Shown: positions 1 through 8,944 of the stretch, piece after piece | Layout: the number at the start of each line of letters is the position of its first letter | Position numbering within the stretch: position 1 is the stretch's first letter | Virus record (IMG/VR): IMGVR_UViG_3300044815_000221 | Span: 1-55,968 of that record | Strand: one strand, 5' to 3' | Source: a virus | Lineage: Duplodnaviria > Caudoviricetes | DNA: 55,968 bases | Notes under the pieces: model-generated | What the model was told of the DNA's origin: nothing | Databases searched by the model: none | The model's input: the letters and a program-made list of their open reading frames with translations, nothing else | Position numbers and translations under genes: made by a program

Positions 1-207
1 TTAACTATCGGAGCCAAGATCATCACGCCTTTCCTGATCCAAAAATGCAGCCCTTCTGTAATCGGACATCTTTGATTTATAGAGACTCAGGATATAGCCG
101 ATGTCTTTGTTATCACTCCGCGTCAAATGCTCAATGACATGTACTAGCACCGAGCCGCACTGTTCGGGTGTCTTTGCTTCGTGCATCTCAGCTAAAAACT
201 TATCCAT
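1..207 (-). CDS. hypothetical protein
   Basis: 68-aa ORF co-oriented downstream of the tail genes. Confidence 0.45.
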   Translation of the reverse strand: MDKFLAEMHEAKTPEQCGSVLVHVIEHLTRSDNKDIGYILSLYKSKMSDYRRAAFLDQERRDDLGSDS

Positions 208-242
208 TTGACGATCAACTAAACGGATACTCGCGCCCTGCG

Positions 243-2141
243 TTATACAGCGATTACTTTGATGAAGCGTTCAGCAGTTTGAACGACTGCCGCACTCCCA
301 CCCACCGCGATAGATTCCAACTTCATAGACTGCACGCCTTTCAGCTTTGCACCATCTATATGAATAGCTCTGTTCACGGCAACAGTTGCTTTAATGCGGA
401 CGCCCGCATCGTCATAGAGCGGCACATAAGCTGCTCCGTCAAAAGAAACTTGAAACGCAATGTCGGCGGCTGTCCACGCCGCTGGCATAAAAATTTGCTG
501 TGGAGTCCGACCATCAAGATTGATAACGTCTGACAAACTTGTATTGATTAGAAAGAATGCACCGAAGTTTTGCAGATCGGGAGGAGCGAGTAAGACAGGC
601 CCACTGACAATAGTGTTAAGGTTTCCATCATCATCAGTTGTTAGCGGTGTATCCGCACCGTCCGATGCTGCTCGTCCTACCAGCTTCGCATTGCGCGAGG
701 TTTCAGTGATGCGAATTGCAACACGCGGAGCAAGGGTAGGGTTTGCATCATTCGGCTCACTTGACAAGCCGAAATGAATCGTCAAATGGTTAGCATCTGA
801 CGATTCATTTTTCGATGGGTCGTTATCAAAACCGAACTCACCTAAGTATTGAGTAGTTTGTCCTTTTGTAATGCCTTCAAAAATTCTACTGAAATTTACA
901 TCAACGTCATAAACGCTTCCTGTGTCGTTTACCACCAACATCTCAAGTTTTAGGTTCTTCCCTAGCCCATCGAAATCAAAAGTAAAAGACTCATTAAGAG
1001 CGCGAGGCGTTAAACTTAACACCTCCTCAAGCAAGACTCCGCTCTCAACAATCGGCGTGCGCGCTTCGCCAGCGACGAGTTTCGTCACGGAAAGTCCGTT
1101 AGGACCAATCGGGGTTACTTCGAGCGCATACTCCGGTAAGACTTCACTAAAGTCTGTGCCCCCTTGAAATGGCTGAACAATCGTTGCGCCGCTCGGCTCA
1201 ACTTGAAGCGTGATGTTATTGCCCGCGCTGCCGACCATCTTGGCGTAGAGATAAAAAATGTAGCCTGTATCGTCCGACTCGTAATCAACCGAGCAACGAT
1301 TGTAGGCCATCGTATCTTGATTGATTTTATTGGTCAGATTGACCATCGTATCTTGGAGCGTTGCGCCAATCTGGACGTGATATTGCTGTGAAGGAGTGCC
1401 AGTGACAAAAGCGAACTCCATGCCACCAATCCGAAGATGATTGCCGTTGGCTGGTTGAATCGTGAAGTGAAGAGTCGCAGAGGCCGTATTCCAATCAACA
1501 GATGAATACGCCACAACTTCTTTAATGCGAAGTTTAGAGCCAGTATTGGGGTCAACTAAGTGTGCGCCGACTCCCTCAGTCTTTTCTAATTGCTCAAACG
1601 CTTGTGCGCCGCCATTGAAGTCACTGACAGCAAGATTTTCGATGTTGCTATGAACAGGGCGTTGATTGTATGCCGCGCCCGCGACGCCGTAGGTTAAAGT
1701 CACCGCCGCGCCATCCACTACGGCTGTGGGAAACCACTCAATGAGATTATTAGCTTTAATGTAAGCAAGAACTCTTGCAAACTCGACAGCGTTATCATGC
1801 GGAGTTGATTTAATCTGACATTGATAAGGCTGCGTCGGAGTAACGAACCAGGCGATTAGAATCTGGTCAACTCCAATCACTGTCGGATTGCTGGCAGGTC
1901 TTTCCGTGATAGTCACCACATCAACGAAGTCAACCAATGCCTGTGCTGCTACGGCTTCCGTTGAAGCTGCGGCTATGCGTACATTGCTGGTCGGAAGTGT
2001 AGGCAGCATGTAATTGGTGCCGTTCAAATTCTTGGCTGTCGCCAACGTAACGATGGCTGCAAAAATCTTATGCACCACATCCCAAACTGAACCGAACATC
2101 GTCGTGTAATTCTGATAATCTTCGCGTGAATCTCTCGCCAT
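243..2141 (-). CDS. putative virion structural / tail-fibre-like protein
   Basis: 632 aa, rich in T/G/N/V, multi-domain beta-type appearance, distal position in tail operon. Confidence 0.5.
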   Translation of the reverse strand: MARDSREDYQNYTTMFGSVWDVVHKIFAAIVTLATAKNLNGTNYMLPTLPTSNVRIAAASTEAVAAQALVDFVDVVTITERPASNPTVIGVDQILIAWFVTPTQPYQCQIKSTPHDNAVEFARVLAYIKANNLIEWFPTAVVDGAAVTLTYGVAGAAYNQRPVHSNIENLAVSDFNGGAQAFEQLEKTEGVGAHLVDPNTGSKLRIKEVVAYSSVDWNTASATLHFTIQPANGNHLRIGGMEFAFVTGTPSQQYHVQIGATLQDTMVNLTNKINQDTMAYNRCSVDYESDDTGYIFYLYAKMVGSAGNNITLQVEPSGATIVQPFQGGTDFSEVLPEYALEVTPIGPNGLSVTKLVAGEARTPIVESGVLLEEVLSLTPRALNESFTFDFDGLGKNLKLEMLVVNDTGSVYDVDVNFSRIFEGITKGQTTQYLGEFGFDNDPSKNESSDANHLTIHFGLSSEPNDANPTLAPRVAIRITETSRNAKLVGRAASDGADTPLTTDDDGNLNTIVSGPVLLAPPDLQNFGAFFLINTSLSDVINLDGRTPQQIFMPAAWTAADIAFQVSFDGAAYVPLYDDAGVRIKATVAVNRAIHIDGAKLKGVQSMKLESIAVGGSAAVVQTAERFIKVIAV

Positions 2142-2162
2142 TGTTTTTCTCCAGTCAGCCCT

Positions 2163-2687
2163 TTAAGAAGCCACACAATCAATCGTTGAATTGAGCCGTG
2201 CGATCTGCCCGTTCAACTCACTTGCATATTCGTTGTAGCGCGTCAGCATCAAACGCTGAACATTCGTGCGCGCCGATTCAGGAATGTTCTGCAACGCGCT
2301 CTTCGCCTGATTCATCTCCGCGATCTTTGCGTTGCAAAACGAAATTGACGCCTGCGCTTCAGCCGTAACAGAAGTCGTCAGCGTGTTCAGCAGACTCACA
2401 AGCGAAGCGACCTGGCTAACCAACTGCGCCGCCCTCGCCGCATAGACAGCAGGCCGTGCCGCATCCGGCAACTCTCCCTTAATGAGTGCATAGATTTGTT
2501 CGTCCATGCTCTTCTTCAACGCCTTGATATGAGATATGGCATTGAGGTCAGGCAGATCACCAAACTGCTCGCCGATGTACGTCGCTCCATTGCCGCCAGC
2601 ACAACCTACGCTCGGAATCGTTGGCAGCGCGTGAATGTTTGGCAACGGCAAATGCGGCAGCCTGGCCGGAGGTAACGTGATGCTCAT
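2163..2687 (-). CDS. hypothetical helical protein (tail region)
   Basis: 174 aa, start overlaps the spike gene stop. Confidence 0.6.
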   Translation of the reverse strand: MSITLPPARLPHLPLPNIHALPTIPSVGCAGGNGATYIGEQFGDLPDLNAISHIKALKKSMDEQIYALIKGELPDAARPAVYAARAAQLVSQVASLVSLLNTLTTSVTAEAQASISFCNAKIAEMNQAKSALQNIPESARTNVQRLMLTRYNEYASELNGQIARLNSTIDCVAS

Positions 2688-3178
2688 CCAATCCTCCGAT
2701 CACCAATGAAGACGCCGCCGCCCGCAATGATTCTGAGAGAGGCATCAGTCTCGATATGCACGCGACCGGCGCGAAGCTGATAATCGCCCTCCGCGATGTG
2801 CTTCATGTCAGCAGGCGCGCGCACGCCGACGATGGCCGAGTCTCTGAAATCGGCAGGGACGATGAAGTCTTCGTTATACACAGACAGGAAATAAAGATTG
2901 TGCTTCTGTCCTAACCGTCCAAATAAAATAACCTCGCTTCCAACTGGTGGAACATAAAAGCTGCCGTAGCCTTCACCGAGCACAGAGCAACCGAGTTGAC
3001 GACACCATTTGTCATAGATTGAATTTTCATCAATGGCCGGAATCACAACCTTGATTCGGTGCTGATGTTCAGGGTCTTCATTGATGGCAACGATTCCTTC
3101 AATACACATCATCCAGCGGTCATTAACCTCTCTGCGACCATGCCCGCGATTCAAGCTACTTAGAATGTTCTTTCCCAT
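2684..3178 (-). CDS. baseplate spike, gpV/VgrG OB-fold type (helper copy)
   Basis: GIVAINEDPEHQHRIKVVIP...W...G.G.GSFYVPPVGSEV motif; paralog at 17609-18073. Confidence 0.85.
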   Translation of the reverse strand: MGKNILSSLNRGHGRREVNDRWMMCIEGIVAINEDPEHQHRIKVVIPAIDENSIYDKWCRQLGCSVLGEGYGSFYVPPVGSEVILFGRLGQKHNLYFLSVYNEDFIVPADFRDSAIVGVRAPADMKHIAEGDYQLRAGRVHIETDASLRIIAGGGVFIGDRRIG

Positions 3179-4216
3179 TTAATTCTTCCGATCATCTATA
3201 TCGCCAAACAATTCAAAAGAAGTGAACAACCCTCTCGATGAAAAGTCGTGTGCAACTTTGTCGCAGATATACTTTCCACCGAACAGCTTTCCAACAGCCT
3301 GTAATTCAAGCGTGTCGCGGACATCTATCCGAACCTTATCAAGCGGCGAAAGCATCTTCACCGAACCGGAGAATGAGTGCTCGCGTTCCAGTTCCTTCTG
3401 CGCTTGTGCGCGAGCATTGGCAGAGGATTTGGTGTGCTTTGGTAAATCTTTTTTGAGCGAGACATGTTCATTTCCACGCGGATTGATCTCTGACGCGCCG
3501 CTCAATCTCTTTCCACCTCTCCCGCGCCCTCTCACCTCAACTTTTTTGGAACGGCCTTCCTGGTTCTCCGGCACGTTGTAGGTCAAGTGAAAATCGCGGA
3601 GAACGTTGGAGTCTCTCTTACAATCAAGGTTCAATTTAGGAACTCCGGTTTTCGCCGGATACTTGGCATACAAAGTCTCGCTCCTGACAAACAGCACCAG
3701 CCCTGCATCCTGTGCGCGCTCGGCCACATGTTCCCAATCCGTTTGCTCGTCTTGAATCATGGCATCGTGATTTCCAAGTTTGAGCGGCTTCTCCGGCCCT
3801 TCAAATTTCAACCCGTTACGCTCGGCCAGCTTTTTGATAATCGCGAGATCATCAAGCTTGTTGTGATAGCCAGGACGTTTCACTAAACGCATCTTGAAAC
3901 CCATGTCATAGGCCAACAGCGTGGTATCAGGTCCCGTGCGCTCAACCCTTCCTAACAAGCCTTCAAAAACAGGCGCTCCCAAATTCGAGATTTCGCCATA
4001 GCCGAGCCAAAATTTCATCACGGCCAGCGGCACGCCATCGGCCTTCGTATACCTATCGAGCAACTTAAATTCAGGATCAAAAAACTCCCAGACCGCTTGC
4101 GATGCTTCGCCCGTTGCAAGCTCGATGCTGACAGATTTGAAAAGACGCGGGTGCTTCCACGAATCCCAAATCGTGCCATCAATTTCTACCAGAGCATGGG
4201 CGTTGCTTGGGGTCAT
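3179..4216 (-). CDS. baseplate hub, late control D (gpD/gp27-like) (helper copy)
   Basis: 345 aa, QDEQTDWEHV..RA...GLVLFVR and FGGKYICDKVAHDF motifs; paralogs at 18092 and 27249. Confidence 0.85.
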   Translation of the reverse strand: MTPSNAHALVEIDGTIWDSWKHPRLFKSVSIELATGEASQAVWEFFDPEFKLLDRYTKADGVPLAVMKFWLGYGEISNLGAPVFEGLLGRVERTGPDTTLLAYDMGFKMRLVKRPGYHNKLDDLAIIKKLAERNGLKFEGPEKPLKLGNHDAMIQDEQTDWEHVAERAQDAGLVLFVRSETLYAKYPAKTGVPKLNLDCKRDSNVLRDFHLTYNVPENQEGRSKKVEVRGRGRGGKRLSGASEINPRGNEHVSLKKDLPKHTKSSANARAQAQKELEREHSFSGSVKMLSPLDKVRIDVRDTLELQAVGKLFGGKYICDKVAHDFSSRGLFTSFELFGDIDDRKN

Positions 4217-4464
4217 ACGCGGTTCAAACTCGCACCTTCAGGAGACTGTTGAGGGATCAGCAAAATAGTGCCAGGCTCAATTTGCCGCACATCAATGATG
4301 TTGTTTCTATCTGCAATAAGACGCCAGAGCCTCCAGTCACCATAGAACCGGCTCGCCAATCCAGAGAGCGTATCAGTGGCCTTAAAAACATATTCCTCAA
4401 GATAAGCATCAGTGTCCGGTGACAACTCTCCGTAACGTTCATAGGGGCTAATACTGCGAATCAA
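4213..4464 (-). CDS. LysM / tail-X-like baseplate protein (helper copy)
   Basis: DTLSGLASRFYGDWRLWRLIADRNNI...I.PGT.L.IP LysM signature. Confidence 0.9.
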   Translation of the reverse strand: MIRSISPYERYGELSPDTDAYLEEYVFKATDTLSGLASRFYGDWRLWRLIADRNNIIDVRQIEPGTILLIPQQSPEGASLNRV

Positions 4465-4964
4465 GGTTGCGGCCCCTTTCCTCTAAAAATTACTTCATCA
4501 CTAAAATCAACATCGTCTCTATCAACCGTACCGAGTTGCTCGCCGTAGCTTTGAATTTCAATCAACTGCAAACGGACGCGAGCGCGTAAAGGCTCGCCGT
4601 CAGAGGAAAAGAATTGCTCCTCGACTGAAATTTCTTCGAGCACGACCTGTTCTTGTCTGTCGCCCCAGATCGCGACCAATGCCGGAGGCGTGCCCTTCTT
4701 CGTTTCATTCTGCAAAGCAAACAAGAGCTTGATGTCAGATGTAATCGAATTGCCTGAATCAGACTTATCAAGCCAGATTTCATCAACCGTGATACGGCGC
4801 GGATCGCGGTTGCCGTAGAACAACGGCTTTGTCCCAATCGTCACATCCTGCGCTTCCCAATTCGCGCGTCGAGTCGTGTTGATCTTCGCTGGAAAGAAAT
4901 CGAAGACGAATGAGCCTGGCCCTTCCTGATTAACCAACACAAATTGCCCAAGCTGGACGCTCAT
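4461..4964 (-). CDS. tube-initiator / CIS-tube-like (gpU-like) protein (helper copy)
   Basis: FDFFP..I...R.ANW ... PP.L..IWG ... F..DGEPLRARV.L.L.E; paralog at 17077. Confidence 0.75.
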   Translation of the reverse strand: MSVQLGQFVLVNQEGPGSFVFDFFPAKINTTRRANWEAQDVTIGTKPLFYGNRDPRRITVDEIWLDKSDSGNSITSDIKLLFALQNETKKGTPPALVAIWGDRQEQVVLEEISVEEQFFSSDGEPLRARVRLQLIEIQSYGEQLGTVDRDDVDFSDEVIFRGKGPQP

Positions 4965-7336
4965 CCCTGTGTACCTCGCGCATTACGCCGATCTATGCGC
5001 CGCGAAATGATGTTTTCCAATTCCTCCCCATGCTTATACAAAAGCGCTGCAAATTCATTCGGGTCGCCACCCGTAATCTCGATCTTCGGTGAATAATTGA
5101 CGTTGATATGGTGCGTATCGCCGCCTGTGGTATTGCGCCCTTGCAAACGGAAAGGCGGAAGCGCTGGCGGTGTAAACAATGGCCTGTTTACACCTGGCGT
5201 TGGAAAGCGAGGCTGAGGGGAGTTACCTCCTGGCTCGAATGGAAAGTTAGGAGAGCCTAAAGGTATGGATGGCATAATCGGCTGAAGATTACTCAAGCGA
5301 TCTGCAAAAGAAGTGGCTGATTGTTCTGCACGCGAGAATGCGAAAGGTAGCTTTTCGGTTGGGATCAACAATTCAGTAAAATTCTTCGTCGCGTCTCCTG
5401 TTGATTTGCCTAGTTCGCTCATCTCCTGCCGAAGTTCATCCGAAGCATTTTGAGAGGCGACCTTTGACTTCTCTGGAAGGGCTAACGATAAAATTTCTTT
5501 GAAGCGTTGAGACTGTTCGATGTTGAGACCTGTTTTGCCGGTATCTACCTGACGCAATAATCTTGTCAAAACATTCGGATCGCTCAAGACGGTTCCGACG
5601 CTTGATTGTTTGATCTCAGAAGCAGCTTCGTAGATTGAGAATTTGCCGCCCTGTGTGTTTTCAGGTTGGATGCCACGCTGAAAAGAAGGCATCATCTGAA
5701 TAACGCCGAACGCCTGCGTTGCTAAAACATCAAGATTCTCTCTGTTCTTCTGCGCTTCGTTACGCCTTGTCCATAATGCTCCGCCCTTAAAGTTTTCCTC
5801 ATAGCCTGTGCCGAGAGCTTCCTCGCGTTTTGCTTCCTCTGCGTTTCGCTTTTTATTTTCCTCGATGAGCCATGAAATAATTTCGACACCGGCCCCGACT
5901 GCGGCGATTCCGATGGTCAACTTCAAGGCGGAGATGCGGGATAGGAAGCCGACAGTTTTACCTAACTCTTCACCTTTCTCATTCGCGGCGGCAGCAGCGA
6001 TCCGCCACAGACTCCAAGCGGCAGCCCCTGCCTTCACCGTACCGGCCAGTGTTGCTGCAATGCTGCCGAGAGCAAAAAGCTCAGTTCCAACTTTCGCTAC
6101 ACCCTGATGTTCTTTGGCAATCCCCTGAAGTGTCCCAAGCCAACTATTGGTAGTGTCGAGTACAGGCTTGACGGTATCAAGCATTGGAGTAAAAGTGCTC
6201 GACTTCAAATTATCAAGCGTGCCCTGTACAGCTTCCAACTTCGAGTTGTATAGCTCCATCTGTTGGTTGATTTTCTCATTAACACGAACAGCCTTTGCTC
6301 CTTCAGTGGTGATTGACCGCCAACCTTCAGCCCCGCTCTGAACCATCACGCCCGCAACTTTTCCGCCTTGCTCGCCAAAGAGCTTGTTTAATAATTCGAG
6401 CCGCTTCTCACTTGAGAACTTGCGGAACTTCTCCATTTCTTTGAAAGCATTATCTAAGCCTAGAAACTCTCCCTTCTTATCGAATAGCTGAAGGTCAAGC
6501 CCCGTTTCTTTCTTGATCTTGGCGCGCTTGTCAGCTTGAGCAATGAACTGTTGGAAATATGATGTCGCGCTCGTACCGGCCTGGCTTCCCTCCATCGCCC
6601 CTTCACGCTTCAGGAGAGCGAAAAACTTTGAGGTCTCTGATGCTCCGCCAAAGCCAGTCAGCTTGAGGGAGTTGGCTGTGTTCTGGAAGTATTTGGCGCT
6701 CTCAATTAACTCGTTGGAATCAATATCGAATCTATCTTTCAGAGCAGAAAACAGATCAACTGATTTTCCAAACTCTTCAGGTTGGAGTTTGAACAATTTA
6801 CCGAATTGGCCTAGTCCTTTGGCCTGCTCATTCGCCATGCCGCTAGTCAGTGCGCCACTAACGTTGGCGAGGTTAGCCGCCGCTTCACCCGCGCCGTTCA
6901 ACACCGTCTCTGCATCAACACCGGCTTTTTTTAATGAGGCCAGAATGCCTATGTAGTCGGCGGTGCTGCCCTGCAAATTATTACCAAGTCGAGTGGCAAG
7001 GTGTTCGAGTTGATTAAGTTGATTGGCTTGTTCGGCGAGGCTCTTACTGCCCGCTCCTGACGCCTCCTGATATGCGCTTTTCAGGTCTAATAAACCTGCC
7101 TCAAAATTGCCGGCAGCTTGAACGCCATTTCTGAGCATCGCCATCATGCCGACGCCGACACCCGCAAAGGTCAATCCTTGTTTGAGGTCTTTGCGAAGGT
7201 CTTGAACAGTAAGCAGCATCGCGCGACCTTCCTTGCCCGTCGCGCGCAGACGATCCTCAAAGCGATCAAGACCGCCACTAGCAGCGTCTTTTAAGCTTAA
7301 TAGGATTGCTAATTCGTATGCTGAACCTGATGGCAT
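4961..7336 (-). CDS. tail tape measure protein TMP1 (helper)
   Basis: 791 aa, A/G/L-rich helical, GAMEGSQAGTS core motif, hydrophobic central segment, position after chaperone. Confidence 0.92.
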   Translation of the reverse strand: MPSGSAYELAILLSLKDAASGGLDRFEDRLRATGKEGRAMLLTVQDLRKDLKQGLTFAGVGVGMMAMLRNGVQAAGNFEAGLLDLKSAYQEASGAGSKSLAEQANQLNQLEHLATRLGNNLQGSTADYIGILASLKKAGVDAETVLNGAGEAAANLANVSGALTSGMANEQAKGLGQFGKLFKLQPEEFGKSVDLFSALKDRFDIDSNELIESAKYFQNTANSLKLTGFGGASETSKFFALLKREGAMEGSQAGTSATSYFQQFIAQADKRAKIKKETGLDLQLFDKKGEFLGLDNAFKEMEKFRKFSSEKRLELLNKLFGEQGGKVAGVMVQSGAEGWRSITTEGAKAVRVNEKINQQMELYNSKLEAVQGTLDNLKSSTFTPMLDTVKPVLDTTNSWLGTLQGIAKEHQGVAKVGTELFALGSIAATLAGTVKAGAAAWSLWRIAAAAANEKGEELGKTVGFLSRISALKLTIGIAAVGAGVEIISWLIEENKKRNAEEAKREEALGTGYEENFKGGALWTRRNEAQKNRENLDVLATQAFGVIQMMPSFQRGIQPENTQGGKFSIYEAASEIKQSSVGTVLSDPNVLTRLLRQVDTGKTGLNIEQSQRFKEILSLALPEKSKVASQNASDELRQEMSELGKSTGDATKNFTELLIPTEKLPFAFSRAEQSATSFADRLSNLQPIMPSIPLGSPNFPFEPGGNSPQPRFPTPGVNRPLFTPPALPPFRLQGRNTTGGDTHHINVNYSPKIEITGGDPNEFAALLYKHGEELENIISRRIDRRNARGTQG

Positions 7337-7340
7337 AATT

Positions 7341-7444
7341 AAAAAAGCCCGCCGATCATTTCAGATCAACGGGCTGCTGCTGATGAGCCTCTAGGATTAT
7401 TACTGAGAGCCGCTAATGGGCTGCGATGTCAGAAAAAAACTCTA
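7341..7444 (-). promoter_or_regulatory. conserved leader L1: -10-like box, small hairpin, GGCTCAT box, intrinsic terminator immediately before the TMP1 ATG
   Basis: - strand GGCTCATCAGCAGCA-GCCCGTTGATC-TGAAAT-GATCGGCGGGC-TTTTTT-AATT-ATG; homologous to four other sites. Confidence 0.8.
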
Positions 7445-7475
7445 CGCAACTTATCTTTGAGACCATGTATAGCTT

Positions 7476-7637
7476 TCAAAGATAAGTCGTGTAGAGCTTG
7501 ATGGAAAGACCGACCACAATCAGGATAACAAAAAAGCTAATAGCGAAGTGCGCTAAACTTATCCACCCACAATGAGGGCAAAAGAATGCAGTGTTTGAAA
7601 TTTTGCTCTCGCAATCTGGGCAAGACTCAAGGCTCAT
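7476..7637 (-). CDS. zinc-ribbon membrane protein (53 aa, not in the ORF track)
   Basis: Manual translation MSLESCPDCESKISNTAFFCPHCGWISLAHFAISFFVILIVVGLSIKLYTTYL; same CPDC..CP.CG plus TM architecture as 22802 and 55705. Confidence 0.75.
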   Translation of the reverse strand: MSLESCPDCESKISNTAFFCPHCGWISLAHFAISFFVILIVVGLSIKLYTTYL

Positions 7638-7694
7638 ATTGCGATATTAACATGTCGGCAAAACTAGCGAAAGAATGCGAAGGGAAGCGGCTTG

Positions 7695-7862
7695 CTACTT
7701 ATTGTTCGCTTCCTCGTAGAAAGAGGTGAGTGTCTCTATATATAGATGCACTCGCTCAAATGGGAGAGACAGGATAGCTTCCTCGCTCCATCCGGTTTCA
7801 CGGGCCAGTACCAGCACGGCTTTCGCCATTTCCTTCTGATACTGTGCTTCGGCCTGCGCGAA
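7695..7862 (-). CDS. frameshift extension (GT-like C-terminal part) of tail chaperone
   Basis: +1-frame ORF FAQAEAQYQKEMAKAVLVLARETGWSEEAILSLPFERVHLY... begins at TCG-TTT-CGC (7858-7866); homolog at 21886-22056. Confidence 0.7.
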   Translation of the reverse strand, partial: FAQAEAQYQKEMAKAVLVLARETGWSEEAILSLPFERVHLYIETLTSFYEEANNK

Positions 7863-8469
7863 ACGACTGCCGCCAGATCAAACTGGCGGCCCTCATATCT
7901 AAAATGTCAACCCCATCGAGTTTCTCAAAAACTTGAAGTTCCAGCGTCCCATCGAGGGAATACTTCCCATCTTCAGAGAGCAGCGTTTTAATCTGCTTGC
8001 CAATCAAAAAACATTCGCGCTTGAGTCCGGTCAGTTTCTCTTTTTCGGCTGCTATCAATTCCATTCCTGTAATTCTATTACCGAACTGGACTCGGTTGTA
8101 AACGATCCCATTATTCTCATAACCGACTGGTAGCTTGACTTCGCTCTCAGAGATGAATTGAGCCGTCCGGCCTTCTACTCCTTCAGCCAGAAAGTCGTTA
8201 TAGCCAGTCATCAAATCATCAATATCAATGACATCCAATTTAAGTAATGTGCTGAGAGGAACAGGAAGGGGCAACGTGCCAAAGGCCGTAATTGCCCCGC
8301 GCAAGACCATGAGTTTATGTTGTGTCGGAATCTCGCTCTGTTGGTCGGCGTCCATCTCAAAGAGTTCACGCCCACGCAGCCGTTTCCCAAATGAGACGTG
8401 CGTATGCCTGACACCCTTGCCGTCAGTGTGGCCGATCACAAGTTCGATTGTTTTTGATGTTGCGTCCAA
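7798..8469 (-). CDS. tail assembly chaperone (helper copy)
   Basis: Between tube and TMP; internally duplicated L..G......V.FG.R..G.EL unit; paralogs at 21971 and 30974. Confidence 0.75.
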   Translation of the reverse strand: MDATSKTIELVIGHTDGKGVRHTHVSFGKRLRGRELFEMDADQQSEIPTQHKLMVLRGAITAFGTLPLPVPLSTLLKLDVIDIDDLMTGYNDFLAEGVEGRTAQFISESEVKLPVGYENNGIVYNRVQFGNRITGMELIAAEKEKLTGLKRECFLIGKQIKTLLSEDGKYSLDGTLELQVFEKLDGVDILDMRAASLIWRQSFRAGRSTVSEGNGESRAGTGP

Positions 8470-8478
8470 CGCTTCTCC

Positions 8479-8910
8479 TTACAGCATGACCATATTTGCG
8501 GCACGCAGGCCGAAGGTGAACATGCTTGCCTCGTTGCTACTGGCGTTGTGCGTCTCCGGCTTGAACCTCGTCGGCACGCAATCCTGCAACTCGTATTCGT
8601 CCACAGGCGTTAGCCCCGACTCATCCATCACGATGAAGCGAACGGTGCGTCGCGTGACATCAGTACCCTGCACAAAATCTTGAATCCAAGCCATCAACTC
8701 GCGACCACTCTCATTAACAGCAGTCGCGTGCTTAAAGGTCAGTTCACCGATCTTGAAGTTACCGCGTAATAGACGTGGGTTCGCTTCGTTGCCGACGTGG
8801 AGTTCCGTGACTGTGTGCTCCATGTCAGGCATCGTTACCTCTGAAGCGATGAGCGACGTGACGCCATCAATCTCCAGAATGTATCTGCTTGCATTCGTGC
8901 CCTGCCCCAT
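8479..8910 (-). CDS. tail tube protein, T4 gp19/CIS-like
   Basis: 143 aa after the sheath; G...IGELTFK, WI......RR...I..D...PV..Y.L..C.P pattern. Confidence 0.85.
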   Translation of the reverse strand: MGQGTNASRYILEIDGVTSLIASEVTMPDMEHTVTELHVGNEANPRLLRGNFKIGELTFKHATAVNESGRELMAWIQDFVQGTDVTRRTVRFIVMDESGLTPVDEYELQDCVPTRFKPETHNASSNEASMFTFGLRAANMVML

Positions 8911-8944
8911 AACTCAAATTCTCCTTAACGGTTGAAGAAACTTT

